Source: Heteronotia binoei
Taxonomy: Eukaryota
Direction of reading: 5' to 3'
DNA: 64,000 bases
NCBI RefSeq assembly: GCF_032191835.1
Contig: NC_083228.1
Coordinates: 71,548,001 to 71,612,000, forward strand
The notes below the pieces were generated by a model, which had not been told where the DNA came from, did not search any database, and worked only from the letters and a program-made list of their open reading frames with translations. The translations under genes and the position numbers were made by a program. The number at the start of each line of letters is the position of its first letter. Position 1 is the stretch's first letter. Shown in pieces: positions 11,179 through 21,130 of this stretch.

Positions 11179-14087
11179 GTCATTTTCCATATTACCCCTG
11201 AAATAGTCATTTTCTCCCCCTGCCACCAGGTGGCTATTCTATTTTGTTTAGTATTTGTTTTCTTGCCACACATAATCTTGTGGGATACTAATCTTATTTC
11301 TTCTGTGGAATTAGGATAAAGATGTTTGGCAATGATGAGCTGTGTTTCCAAATTAAAACTCCTCTAGGATACTTTGTTGGAATAAATATCAACCTAACCT
11401 TCCTCTGAATCATTGAAAAAACTTCTGTTCCCTCCCTTGGTTACATTACTTGACTGACTGATCATGTACAAAGGCTTTTGGCCTCTGTATACCTTTATGA
11501 TTGTGATACTATGTGGTCTGGTACAGACATGTAGGTAAGGAGTATAGCATCATGGCAACATGCTGGGATGAATGGCCATTTGAGACACATTTGGCTATGT
11601 GCTGGTCTCCAGGACATTCATTTGTTAGGAGAAGAATGTATCCTCTAATTTAGAAAAAAGGTTTTGGAGGAAAAGCCCTTCTATCAATTTGTTTCTCAGT
11701 TTAAAGGGATTAAAATGTTATGGTGCTGGCTTCCTAAATGTAATTAATTTTCAAATCACTACAACTTTGGAGAAATTATTCTTGAAAGCCCAAAAAAGCA
11801 AATAATAAAAACAAATTTCAATAGGAAGTTACTCCAGGGAGGAAAAGCTCATCTGAGCCTCATTTACAGACATTTGACTTTTGTGGATGCTGGGATTTTT
11901 TTTATTATTGCCAATATATGTGCATGTATAATACATTCAAGTAAAGTCAAACACAGTTTCATTTGCATCTGAGGAGAATGTTCAACAGAAGCCCATTTAC
12001 ATTGGATATCAGAAAGGATGGGGAAAAAGGAAATCAATACCACTAACCATGGGGTGAAATGTGTCACTCAAAATGCTTATATATATATAACTATCTTAAG
12101 TTGTCTGCTAAAAAATGGATCTATAGAGGCTCTGAAACTTCCAGCTGTGTCTTGGGAAGACGTATTATAAGATGTACAGTTCATTTGTATGGACAGAACA
12201 GTAGGCTTGGATTCAAAATACTGCTAAAGTCAATTCATCATTTTGCTTTTTGGTTTTCAGTCCTTCCCCTGTATTTTTACTCCTTCCATTCCTGATTCCA
12301 GGATCCAGTTGACACTGTGATTTTGGCTTATTGAAGTAAATGCAAATTAATTCTTCCAAATTTTAAAGCTGTTTAATTGGCCTTGTAAATGTTTTTTGCT
12401 CCATTCCAGATCATAAGTCTTAAAACATTTTATTTGTGTTGTGAATCAAGGTCTAGCTGTGGCTGGACACATAGCATATGGGGGAAATGGTTATGTTGTC
12501 GTTCCCAGAAGAAGCCAGAAATTAGGCAAATGTAGCGTGGACTTTCTGTTTCTCCTCGGTTGGGGCCTGAGCAGGATGAGAGAAGGTTTAGATCTTTGTA
12601 AATAAGCTATAACCATGAAGTTTAGAGTGTGTTGAAAGACTGAGAATGTTTTAACATAAATATAGAAATAAAACACTTTGAAACACATATGCTAAAGGTT
12701 GGAAATAAGGTCCCATTGGATTTTGTTCTATTATGCCAATGTTAAAAGCATAGAAGCTCCTCCAAAAGAATGGGCAATCCTGTTCCCTTGAATGATGCTT
12801 GTGGATATGTACCCCTATGCATGGAATAGCCAGATGCACAAAATCACCCTTAATCGAGGAGACAATGGATGAAACAGTGTTGTTTCTTTCATTCTGATTT
12901 TATCTTTATTTCCTCTAAATATATATATATATATATAACTTTTTTTTTCATTTTCAAGAAAAGAATCTATTTCCAACAAAAATGCATGGAGGTGAAAAAC
13001 AGCATTTTAAAATCTCTTTCACACAGATTCAAGCATATATAGACACAAGCCCATTTTGTAATAGCATTAAAATGTTGGAAGAAAGAAATGGAAAGTCCAT
13101 TGAGGGCAGTTGAAGAGGTTTAATGGCTGTTATATTATTATAGTAATAATTGTAGCCTGTATGTTCCACTGAAAGGAACACAGAAAAGGAAAAAGAAAAT
13201 GAGAATTGCCAGTTGGATGAAGCTGCAGCCTTGACAAGAAGGGGAACTCACATGGAATACAATGAAAGAAGAAAAGGCCAATTGCTTTGGGGTAAGTAGA
13301 ACTTCATAGATTTTGCCAGTGAGCAATGCATGAGGGATGATCCTGAACTTCTCACCCTGCTCCTCCAGCTTGAAAATTCTCATTTCAGTTTCTATTCTCT
13401 TTTGCTTATGTGATAAGTGTTGTGGATGAGGGGCAGCTGCCATCCAAGAAAACACACAATTTGGAGAAAGACATGTAGGGACCTAGGGCAGAATGGAGAG
13501 TGCCACTCTATCAAACCGCCTGTCGTTCCAAGGCAATGGCAGTGGGAGAATGCTGAGAACAGAAGAGAACTAGTTTTTAAGTTTAGATAGCTGGTGTTTC
13601 TCTTTATCCCCTAGAACCTGTATCTTCTGCAAGATGATGTATCCTCATTCATCTGAGCTGGTATACTTGAATAGAATGAATGTTAGCTAAATAAACTTTT
13701 TACTTTAAGACTGTATGTAAGACTGCATTGCATCCTTGCTCATTTGCCTGGCTGCTTAGTCAAGCAATGCACATCTCCCTTCTGGCCAACCCCAGTCTCC
13801 AAGAGGATTTGCAGAGAGTAAATCAATCCCAAAGGGTAATAGGACTTTACACATTCCCAAAAGTTTGGAAAGAGTTGGGGGAAATAGGAAGGAATTTCTC
13901 AGTTGGCCTCAGTTTCCTCCAAACCCACTAATCTCCCTAAGGCAGCTGAACTCTCTTGGTGACTTGCTGTCTTGAACCAAGTGACAGAGGGAAGAGAAGG
14001 TGAGGAACCAGCAGGGCATCATGATAAAATCATGGTTAGTAGAATCCTAGATGCTTTATTTGGGATTATTTTCCGTTTCCTCACAAC

Positions 14088-14215
14088 NNNNNNNNNNNNN
14101 NNNNNNNNNNNNNNNNNNNNNNNNNNNNNNNNNNNNNNNNNNNNNNNNNNNNNNNNNNNNNNNNNNNNNNNNNNNNNNNNNNNNNNNNNNNNNNNNNNNN
14201 NNNNNNNNNNNNNNN
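14088..14215. other. Assembly gap (128 N)
   Basis: Run of N in the sequence. Confidence 1.
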
Positions 14216-14671
14216 TAAAACATTGTATATATAAATACATACATGGAAAATGTATACATTGTGTTTCAAAGATATCAAAGACTGCAGCAACTATCAAAGA
14301 TGTCAAAAACTGCAGCAGCTATCAGACCAACTCACTAATTTCTCATGCAAGTAAAAAAATGCTCAAAATCTTACAACAAAGACTTACCTTTCTGACATAA
14401 GAAATCCCAGATGTTCAAGCTGGATTTTAAAAAGGAAGAGGCACTACAGGTCATATTGCAAATTTATGTTGGTTTCTGGAGAATATAAAAGAATTTCAGA
14501 AGAAAATCAGCTTGTGTTTCATAGGTTACAGCAAAGCTTTCGACTGTGTGGATCATGAAAAACTATGGATAGTTTTAAAATAATTGGGTGTCAACAACAT
14601 TGGTTGTTTTGATGTGCAACCTAAACTCTGGAAAAGAAGCTATTGTTAGGGAAGGATATAGAGAAGTGTAT

Positions 14672-14790
14672 AACTTTTTTTTTTTTAGCAGGAAACCAAA
14701 AAAACACAGTTCTGGCTGGCTTAGCACCAGGGATGTGTGGCCTAACATGTAAATGAGTTCTTGCTGGGCTTTTTCTCAAAAAAAGCCCTG
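14672..14790. mobile_element. hAT-type MITE (CAGGGCTTTT family), left end degraded
   Basis: Shares tgtggcctaacatgtaaatgagtt...aaaaaagccctg with 10969-11178. Confidence 0.65.
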
Positions 14791-14986
14791 AAGAAATGGA
14801 ATGGTTTCAATTGGCAAAGGTGTCAGACAAGAATGTATTTTATGTTCCTGTCTCTTATATGCAAACCATATCATAAGGAAAACTGGATTAGATTTAGATG
14901 AAGTTAGAGTGAAAATTGGGGGAAGGAATATTAACAGTTTGAAAAATGCAGATGACATCACATTACTGGCAAAAAATAGTGAAGAT

Positions 14987-15180
14987 TTATTTATTAACTT
15001 CATTTATACTCGGTCTTTCTCCCCAGTGGGGCCCCAGGGTGGTTTACATCATTCCCTCTCCTCCATTTTATCCTAATGACAGACCTGTGAGATAGGTTAG
15101 GCTGAAAGAGTGTGACTAGCCCACATTCACCTAGTGAGTTTTGATGGTGCTAGTGGAGATTTGAATGTGGGTCTTCCCAC
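14987..15180 (-). mobile_element. Old MIR/Squam3-like SINE fragment
   Basis: Reverse-complemented L2-type tail (atttatttatt...) and the core cctgtgagataggttaggctg. Confidence 0.55.
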
Positions 15181-15472
15181 ATTGATTCTCTTGAAACAAC
15201 AACTGATGAAGGTTAAAGCAGAAAGTACAAAAACTGGATTACAACTTAAATTCAAGAAGATAAAACCAAGGACTATTGAGGAATTGCACATCTTTAAGGC
15301 TGATTATGAAGAAACTGAAATAATTCAAAATTTTCTATTCTTTGTTAAGTGTCACTGGCAAGCAAGATGAAGATAATTCAAACCATAGTATTTCCTATTA
15401 CTATGTACAGAGGTGAAAGTTGGATAATGAAGAAAGATGACAGGAAGAAAGTTGATTCATTTTAAATGTAGT

Positions 15473-15602
15473 TGTGACGGAAAGCAATGGGTTAACCATA
15501 AGCTGAAGACGCACAGGGCTGCGTCAGGTGACCTGAGCGTGGGGGCAAAGTGCTGAGAGCTCTCAGGGAGGGAAAGTAGTGGAAGGAGAGAAACTGCTGA
15601 GG
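15473..15602. repeat. Inverted terminal repeat occupying the position of the 3' LTR
   Basis: Base-by-base reverse complement of 21001-21130 with one mismatch (15538). Confidence 0.97.
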
Positions 15603-15605
15603 CAG

Positions 15606-15619
15606 TCCCTCCCCCTTTT
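15606..15619 (-). other. Polypurine tract (plus-strand primer site)
   Basis: Minus-strand AAAAGGGGGAGGGA followed by C-TG, ~160 nt downstream of the pol stop. Confidence 0.85.
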
Positions 15620-15779
15620 GAGACATTTCGCAAGGCGAAAGGTCTCAGCCTTTTGCTGAGCAATGGGACATGGGCACACTTGCTTGGGTTACACTATGTC
15701 ATAACTCTTTTGTCATAACACCAACTTCAAAATTATATACATTCTTCATCAGTTCTACAGTCTAACATCTTTTAAAATT

Positions 15780-17222
15780 TTACATTCTTCTTGATAGTGC
15801 ATCTGCTATCACATTTTGCTTTCCAGGGATATGCTGGATGTCAAAGTTGTAATCTTGGAGCTGTAAACTCCATCTTATCAGTTTGCTGTTCGTATCTTTA
15901 ACTTGGTTCAACCATTTCAGGGGAGAATGATCTGTACACAGTGTAAACTTCCTTCCCCATAGGTATGGTTTCAATTTACCTATTGCCCACACAATCGCTA
16001 AACACTCTTTTTCTATTACTGAGAGGTGTTGCTCTCGGTCCAATAACTTTCTACTCAGATACAGAACTGGATGATACAGTCCTTCCTCTCCTTGCTGACT
16101 TAGTGTTGCACCTACCCCAACATTAGATGCATCAGTAAAGAGGGTAAACTCCTTTGAAAACTCTGGAGTTCTCAACACTGGTTCAGTGGTCAAAACCACT
16201 TTCAGATGTTCATAAGCTTTTTGACACTCTGCATTCCAGTTTACTGGATCAGGGTTCCTCTTCTTGGTGCACTCACATAGCGGTGCTGCTATCGTGCTAA
16301 ACTCAGGTATAAACCTCCTGTAGTATCCTACTACGCCCAAAAATGCTCGTATTTGTTTCTTGGTTTTGGGTCTGGGCCACTCGTGTATGGCTTGCACCTT
16401 TCCCCAATCTGCTTTGATCTTACCTCCTCCTAGCACATGCCCTAAATACTTAACCTCGGCCATGGCTAGTTGACACTTAGATGCTTTGATGGTGAGACCC
16501 GCATCTTTCACTCGCTGTAACACAATGGCCACATGCTGCAAATGTTCGTTCCATGCAGCACTGTAAATAGCAATATCGTCAATATATGCAAGCACAAATT
16601 CTTTCAGTCCTACTAACATCTTATCAATTACTCTCTGGAATGTGGAGGGAGCATTCCTTGACCCAAATGGTAACACAGTAAACTCAAAGAGTCCCTCTTT
16701 GGTTACAAACGCTGTTTTCTGCTGATCTTTTGGATCCATAGCTACCTGCCAATAACCTTTTGTCAAATCTAAGGTGGTAATAAAATTGGCAGCTCCAGTT
16801 GTCTCGACCAACTCGTCTATGCGAGGCATTGGATACACATCTGGTACTGTGATTTTATTCAACCTCCTGTAGTCCACACAAAACCTCATAGTTTTGTCCG
16901 GTTTGGGTACTAGGACTACAGGTGAGGCCCACGGACTTTCTGATGGTACAATTAAACCCAATTTCAACATTTCTTCTACCTCCTGCTGTACATACTTGGC
17001 ATTCGGGCCGGTCACTCTATATGGTTGGAGTGCTACAGGCCTTGAATCCCCTGTGTCAATCTTGTGACACGCTATGTTTATCTTCCCTGGTACATCTGAA
17101 AAAATTGTTTTGTACCTTCCCACTATCGTTTGTAATTGGCCTCTTTGTTCTCCATTAAGAGAAGGGGCGAACTGAACCTCATTAATGGTTTCTTCCTGGG
17201 ATATTTCCCCCCAACCCGACAA
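15780..17222 (-). CDS. Gypsy reverse transcriptase plus RNase H; in frame with the upstream ORF after a single TAA
   Basis: SPWASPVVLVPK, RFCVDYRRLN, LDLTKGYWQ, LPFG, YIDDI, FTDAS, EKECLAIVWAI, TDHSPL and ADALSR. The track's start is a TTG directly after the stop, not a real initiator. Confidence 0.95.
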   Translation of the reverse strand: MSGWGEISQEETINEVQFAPSLNGEQRGQLQTIVGRYKTIFSDVPGKINIACHKIDTGDSRPVALQPYRVTGPNAKYVQQEVEEMLKLGLIVPSESPWASPVVLVPKPDKTMRFCVDYRRLNKITVPDVYPMPRIDELVETTGAANFITTLDLTKGYWQVAMDPKDQQKTAFVTKEGLFEFTVLPFGSRNAPSTFQRVIDKMLVGLKEFVLAYIDDIAIYSAAWNEHLQHVAIVLQRVKDAGLTIKASKCQLAMAEVKYLGHVLGGGKIKADWGKVQAIHEWPRPKTKKQIRAFLGVVGYYRRFIPEFSTIAAPLCECTKKRNPDPVNWNAECQKAYEHLKVVLTTEPVLRTPEFSKEFTLFTDASNVGVGATLSQQGEEGLYHPVLYLSRKLLDREQHLSVIEKECLAIVWAIGKLKPYLWGRKFTLCTDHSPLKWLNQVKDTNSKLIRWSLQLQDYNFDIQHIPGKQNVIADALSRRM

Positions 17223-20192
17223 TTAAGTTCCCTCACTCACTCCCTTCTTTGCAATTAACACCAAATTACCCCTGTCAAAATAAGGTTTTAGCATGTTTAC
17301 ATGGAACACTTTACATTGTTCACCATCTTCACTTAAATTCACAACATAGTTCACGTTGGAGACCTTATGGGCGATGGTATAAGGTCCCTCCCAGGCCACA
17401 TCTAACTTGTTCTTCTTCCTGGGCTTCAACACCAGTACTCTGTCTCCTGGCTTGAACTCTCTGTCTCTGGACTTGGAGTCGTACCACTGCTTCTGCCGTC
17501 GTTGCGATCTTCTCATGTTGTCTGCAGCAGCCGTCCTCACCTCCTGCAGATGCTGTTGTAGTTCGTGTAGGTAAGAGATGACATCTGTCTCCTGGATGTC
17601 CTCGTTCCCGGACCACGCCTCTTTCAGAACATCAAGGGGTCCTCTGGCTTGCCTTCCATACAACAGTTCAAATGGACTGAACCCGGAACTTTCTTGGGGT
17701 ACCTCCCTATACCCGAAGAGCAGGTGTTGCAACCTCTGGTCCCAATCGTTGGGATGCTTGTATGCGTAAGTCTTTAGCATATGGTTCAGGGTGCCATTAA
17801 ACCTTTCATTGAGTCCATTTGCTTGTGGGTGGTATGCTGTTGTGGTCACATGCCGGATTCCACAAGCTCTTAACAATTCTTGCATCACATTTGACATAAA
17901 TGTGGTACCTAAATCAGTCACCATCTCTTTTGGAAAACCCAATCTTGAAAACACAGTCAATAGGGCATCCGCTACTGTCTTTGCCTCAATGTCCTTAAGT
18001 GGAACCGCTTCTGGAAACTTGGTGGCATAATCAACGATGGTAAGGATGTACTTGTTTCCCCTTCTGGTCACTCTGGAGATAGGACCAACAATATCTACTC
18101 CTATCTTCCCAAAGGCTTCTGTGACTATAGGGACTGGCTGTAATAGACCGTTAGTTTTGTCTAGAGCTTTCCCCACCATTTGGCAGGCCTGACACGATTT
18201 GCAAAAAGCCCTTATGTCCTTGCCCATATTTGGCCAAAAGAACCGTTCTTGCACTCGGTCCCTTGTCTTATTGATGCCAAGGTGAGAGGCCATGGGTGAT
18301 GCATGAGCCAAATCCAACACTTGCATCCTATACTTTCTTGGAAGGACTAATTGTTTCTTTCTTTCCCATACTATGTTATGTTTTCTTTTTAAGGCCACCC
18401 GGTATAGTTTCTGGTCTATCACTTTAAATTGGCATGGGTGTTCAATTGTGATCTCATTATCACTCACCCCAGTTCTCTGCCATAGTTCCTTCAGGCTGTC
18501 ATCTTGTTGCTGCTCTCTGAGGAATTCTGCAGCAGGGATGGTCTGCAACATTGTTTCCTCTTCTTCTGCTGGTTGCTGTACACACACCTCAGTTGCTGCC
18601 TCTGGCCTGCTTCTTGTAACAATGTTGACAGGATTAGCTTGCTGTCTCTTTAACTCAGAAGCTAAATCATTGCCCAATAAAAGCGATGTTCCTATGTCAC
18701 TCAGGACTCCCACAATCCAATCACCTTGGAACTCTCTATACTTGATAGGAACTTCTGCCAGGGCCACTTCAAATGTAGGTCCTTTAATGCCTTTTATGGT
18801 GTAAGATTTCCCAGGCAAATACTGATGACTTTTTACTAATTCTGGCTGTACTAGGGAAACCTGCGCCCCTATGTCCCTATAAGCCTTGACTTCCTCGTCA
18901 TTTACTGTCACAGTCTCAGTATATTCCTCACTCAAGCTTTCCTGTACTTTCCACACCTTCAGAACACTATTGGGTCTTTCTGGTGGTGTGTTCTCTGGAA
19001 GTGAGGGGTTTGTTTCTACTTCTTTCTGTTGACCTTGCACCATTTTAACTGTCTTAGTTGGTGGGGTCTTTTTTCCTTTTTCTGGGCAAGTCCTGGCATA
19101 GTGCCCTATTGCCCCACATTGGAAACAAGCAGCCTGAGTCTTCCTGTATGGAGGTGGACTGTATCGCTTTGCAGGGTTGTTGTTATCCGCCCCAGACTTC
19201 TCTGGAGAGTTCCAGACTCGGGGTTTTTTAGTTGGAGCAGTCCACATTGATCTCCCTAGATCTGATTCAATCTCATCTAGAATCATAGCTGCTTCTTCTA
19301 CTGTCTTCAATTTCTTGTCTCTCAGAACCCACCTATACTGAGAGGGGACTTGGTTATAAAACTGTTCCAAGCCCACTAAGTTTTTCAGGTCCTCTAAAGT
19401 GGAAACTTTACTCCCTTCTACCCATCTGTTCAGGGCTCTGTCTAACCGACAACCTAGTTGAGAGTATGTTTCTCCAGGCTTTCTTCTGATTTCTCTAAAT
19501 TTTTTCCTGCTTTGCTCTGCTGTTAAGCCAAAGCGGACTCTGACCCTTTCCTTGTACAATTGATAATCAGAAGTTTCCTCATCCCTCAGTTCAGAGTAGA
19601 TTTCACTCAACTTTCCACAGATCTGAGGTCTCAAATAAATCATTCTGTCCTCATCAGCAACTCTTAAATCTTTACAGGTTCTTTCAAAATTAAACAAAAA
19701 AGCTTCTACATCATCCCCTTTTTGGTACTTGGGGAATTTCTTTTGTTCTACTGTGAGTCGCCTCTCACTTCTAGTATCACGTTGAAATTCTGGCTTTCCC
19801 TGAATCTCCTGGAGTTTCAAACTGTACATTTTTTCCTCATGTTCTCTCTCTCTATTTTCTCTCTCTGATTCCAGCCTAGCCATTTCCACTCCTCTCTCTG
19901 ATTCCAGCCTAGCCATTTGCAATTCTTTCTCTCTCTCTGCTTCCCTTTCTCTGTGTTCTCTCTCTGTTTCCAGCCTAGCCATTTGCAATTCTTTCTCTCT
20001 TTCTGCTTCTCTTTCCCTTTGTTCTCTCTCTGATTGAATTTTGGCCATCTGAATTTCTTTTTCTGCCTCTATTCTAGCCAATTCCAACTGTATTTTCATA
20101 GCCTCTATATTCTGACTAGGATTCTCCTCAGGAATCTCTTCTTGTGTCTGCCCATCCCCCGTGGCTGTGGTAGTTCTCTTAGGAGGAGCCAT
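17223..20192 (-). CDS. Gag (coiled coil, SCAN-like capsid, CCHC knuckle), aspartic protease and integrase
   Basis: SCAN-like RKKFRE...LEQFYNQVP...KTVEEAAMILDE; CFQCGAIGHYARTC; protease site DIGAQ (canonical D-T/S-G); HHCC zinc finger; D..D-35-E; C-terminal WEGPY module. The track's start is an alternative start codon. Confidence 0.95.
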   Translation of the reverse strand: MAPPKRTTTATGDGQTQEEIPEENPSQNIEAMKIQLELARIEAEKEIQMAKIQSEREQREREAEREKELQMARLETEREHREREAEREKELQMARLESERGVEMARLESERENREREHEEKMYSLKLQEIQGKPEFQRDTRSERRLTVEQKKFPKYQKGDDVEAFLFNFERTCKDLRVADEDRMIYLRPQICGKLSEIYSELRDEETSDYQLYKERVRVRFGLTAEQSRKKFREIRRKPGETYSQLGCRLDRALNRWVEGSKVSTLEDLKNLVGLEQFYNQVPSQYRWVLRDKKLKTVEEAAMILDEIESDLGRSMWTAPTKKPRVWNSPEKSGADNNNPAKRYSPPPYRKTQAACFQCGAIGHYARTCPEKGKKTPPTKTVKMVQGQQKEVETNPSLPENTPPERPNSVLKVWKVQESLSEEYTETVTVNDEEVKAYRDIGAQVSLVQPELVKSHQYLPGKSYTIKGIKGPTFEVALAEVPIKYREFQGDWIVGVLSDIGTSLLLGNDLASELKRQQANPVNIVTRSRPEAATEVCVQQPAEEEETMLQTIPAAEFLREQQQDDSLKELWQRTGVSDNEITIEHPCQFKVIDQKLYRVALKRKHNIVWERKKQLVLPRKYRMQVLDLAHASPMASHLGINKTRDRVQERFFWPNMGKDIRAFCKSCQACQMVGKALDKTNGLLQPVPIVTEAFGKIGVDIVGPISRVTRRGNKYILTIVDYATKFPEAVPLKDIEAKTVADALLTVFSRLGFPKEMVTDLGTTFMSNVMQELLRACGIRHVTTTAYHPQANGLNERFNGTLNHMLKTYAYKHPNDWDQRLQHLLFGYREVPQESSGFSPFELLYGRQARGPLDVLKEAWSGNEDIQETDVISYLHELQQHLQEVRTAAADNMRRSQRRQKQWYDSKSRDREFKPGDRVLVLKPRKKNKLDVAWEGPYTIAHKVSNVNYVVNLSEDGEQCKVFHVNMLKPYFDRGNLVLIAKKGVSEGT

Positions 20193-20295
20193 TTCTGACA
20201 GGAATTTTTCACAAATCTGTCCTAATTCCTTTACTGCAGTGTCCCTCTACTTTCTGTGTCTCTTAGTGACACTTAGTTTGGGGTTTTTCTTCAAG

Positions 20296-20313
20296 ATCCC
20301 ACCGCTGCCACCA
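20296..20313 (-). other. Primer-binding site complementary to the tRNA-Leu 3' end
   Basis: TGGTGGCAGCGGTGGGAT, 5 nt after the LTR-terminal CA. It is complementary to the 3' ...AUCCCACCGCUGCCACCA of tRNA-Leu; the isoacceptor assignment is from memory. Confidence 0.85.
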
Positions 20314-20318
20314 ATTAT

Positions 20319-21130
20319 TGCAGCGCCCGCCTCAAGGCCTCACTGGATCTCTGTATTTTCGTCTCTTCGGGGTATTTTACTTGTTCTGTTGATGGGACCA
20401 CAGCAGCCTTGTTTATTCTTCCCCATAAAATATATAGGCTCATGAGAACTTTAACTTAAACCACAGATTTATTGTAACAAAAAGTCTTAAACTGGGGATA
20501 TGGGAGATATTTACACAGGCTTATACTTTGTTCTGTTGTTTCAGGCTTTACATTCACTTTTCCTTTTGTTTTGCATCTTTCACAGTTACACAGTTCACCT
20601 TTCACTCACTCTCCACCTCTAGCCAAGGTCTGGCCTCTTGGGATTGATGTGTCTAGTCTCACCCCTCGACTGGAGTCTCTCCTCTCAGCCCTTCTTGGTG
20701 TTTCAGACCCACATCCACTCCCTCAACCTCCTCACTAGATCTTCAGAGTGGTTCCTAGGTGTTTGTGACTGTTCCGGTCTTAACTGACTCACACACACAC
20801 AGCCCTCTTGGCTGGTTTTGTCCAGCTGGCAGTCTCTGGAAGACTTCCCCGTCTCCATCTCCAGCTTCTTCACAGGATCAGCTGCCCTCTCAGCCCTTCT
20901 GGCTGGCACTAACTGACCCTCTCAGTCTCTGTCAGGTCCCCACTGACAGACTTTTCTGACAGGCCTCCACTCTGTCAGACATCAACTGACTGAACTCCTA
21001 CCTCAGCAGTTTCTCTCCTTCCACTACTTTCCCTCCCTGAGAGCTCTCAGCACTTTGCCCCCACCCTCAGGTCACCTGACGCAGCCCTGTGCGTCTTCAG
21101 CTTATGGTTAACCCATTGCTTTCCGTCACA
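20319..21130 (-). promoter_or_regulatory. 5' LTR (~812 bp, TG...CA)
   Basis: Starts TGTGAC and ends GCTGCA just before the PBS. Contains minus-strand AATAAA at 20468-20473 and 20412-20417, and TATA-like motifs near 20520 and 20430. Confidence 0.85.

Larger units (their letters stand above)
15473..21130 (-). mobile_element. Gmr1-like Ty3/Gypsy retroelement with one full 5' LTR and 130-bp terminal inverted repeats
   Basis: Both termini are TGTGAC.../...GTCACA, with a 5-bp TSD GTAGT at 15468-15472 and 21131-21135. PBS, PPT and gag-PR-INT-RT-RH coding are present. Confidence 0.95.

Noticed and set aside
13153-13290. Plus-strand open segment ending at a GTAAGT donor
   Set aside because: Weak acceptor, no recognisable peptide, and expected by chance.
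13972-14400. ORFs spanning the N run
   Set aside because: Artefacts of translating through the assembly gap.
17249-19250. Short antisense and alternate-frame ORFs within the Gypsy element
   Set aside because: Shadow ORFs of the long coding frame, with no independent features.
15780-20192. Ty1/Copia element (suggested by INT before RT)
   Set aside because: RT, RNase H and integrase motifs (RFCVDYRRLN, YIDD, WEGPY) are Gypsy-type.
15473-21130. DIRS/Ngaro tyrosine-recombinase element (suggested by inverted ends)
   Set aside because: It encodes a DDE integrase and protease, has a tRNA PBS, PPT and TSD, and shows no recombinase or recognisable internal complementary region.
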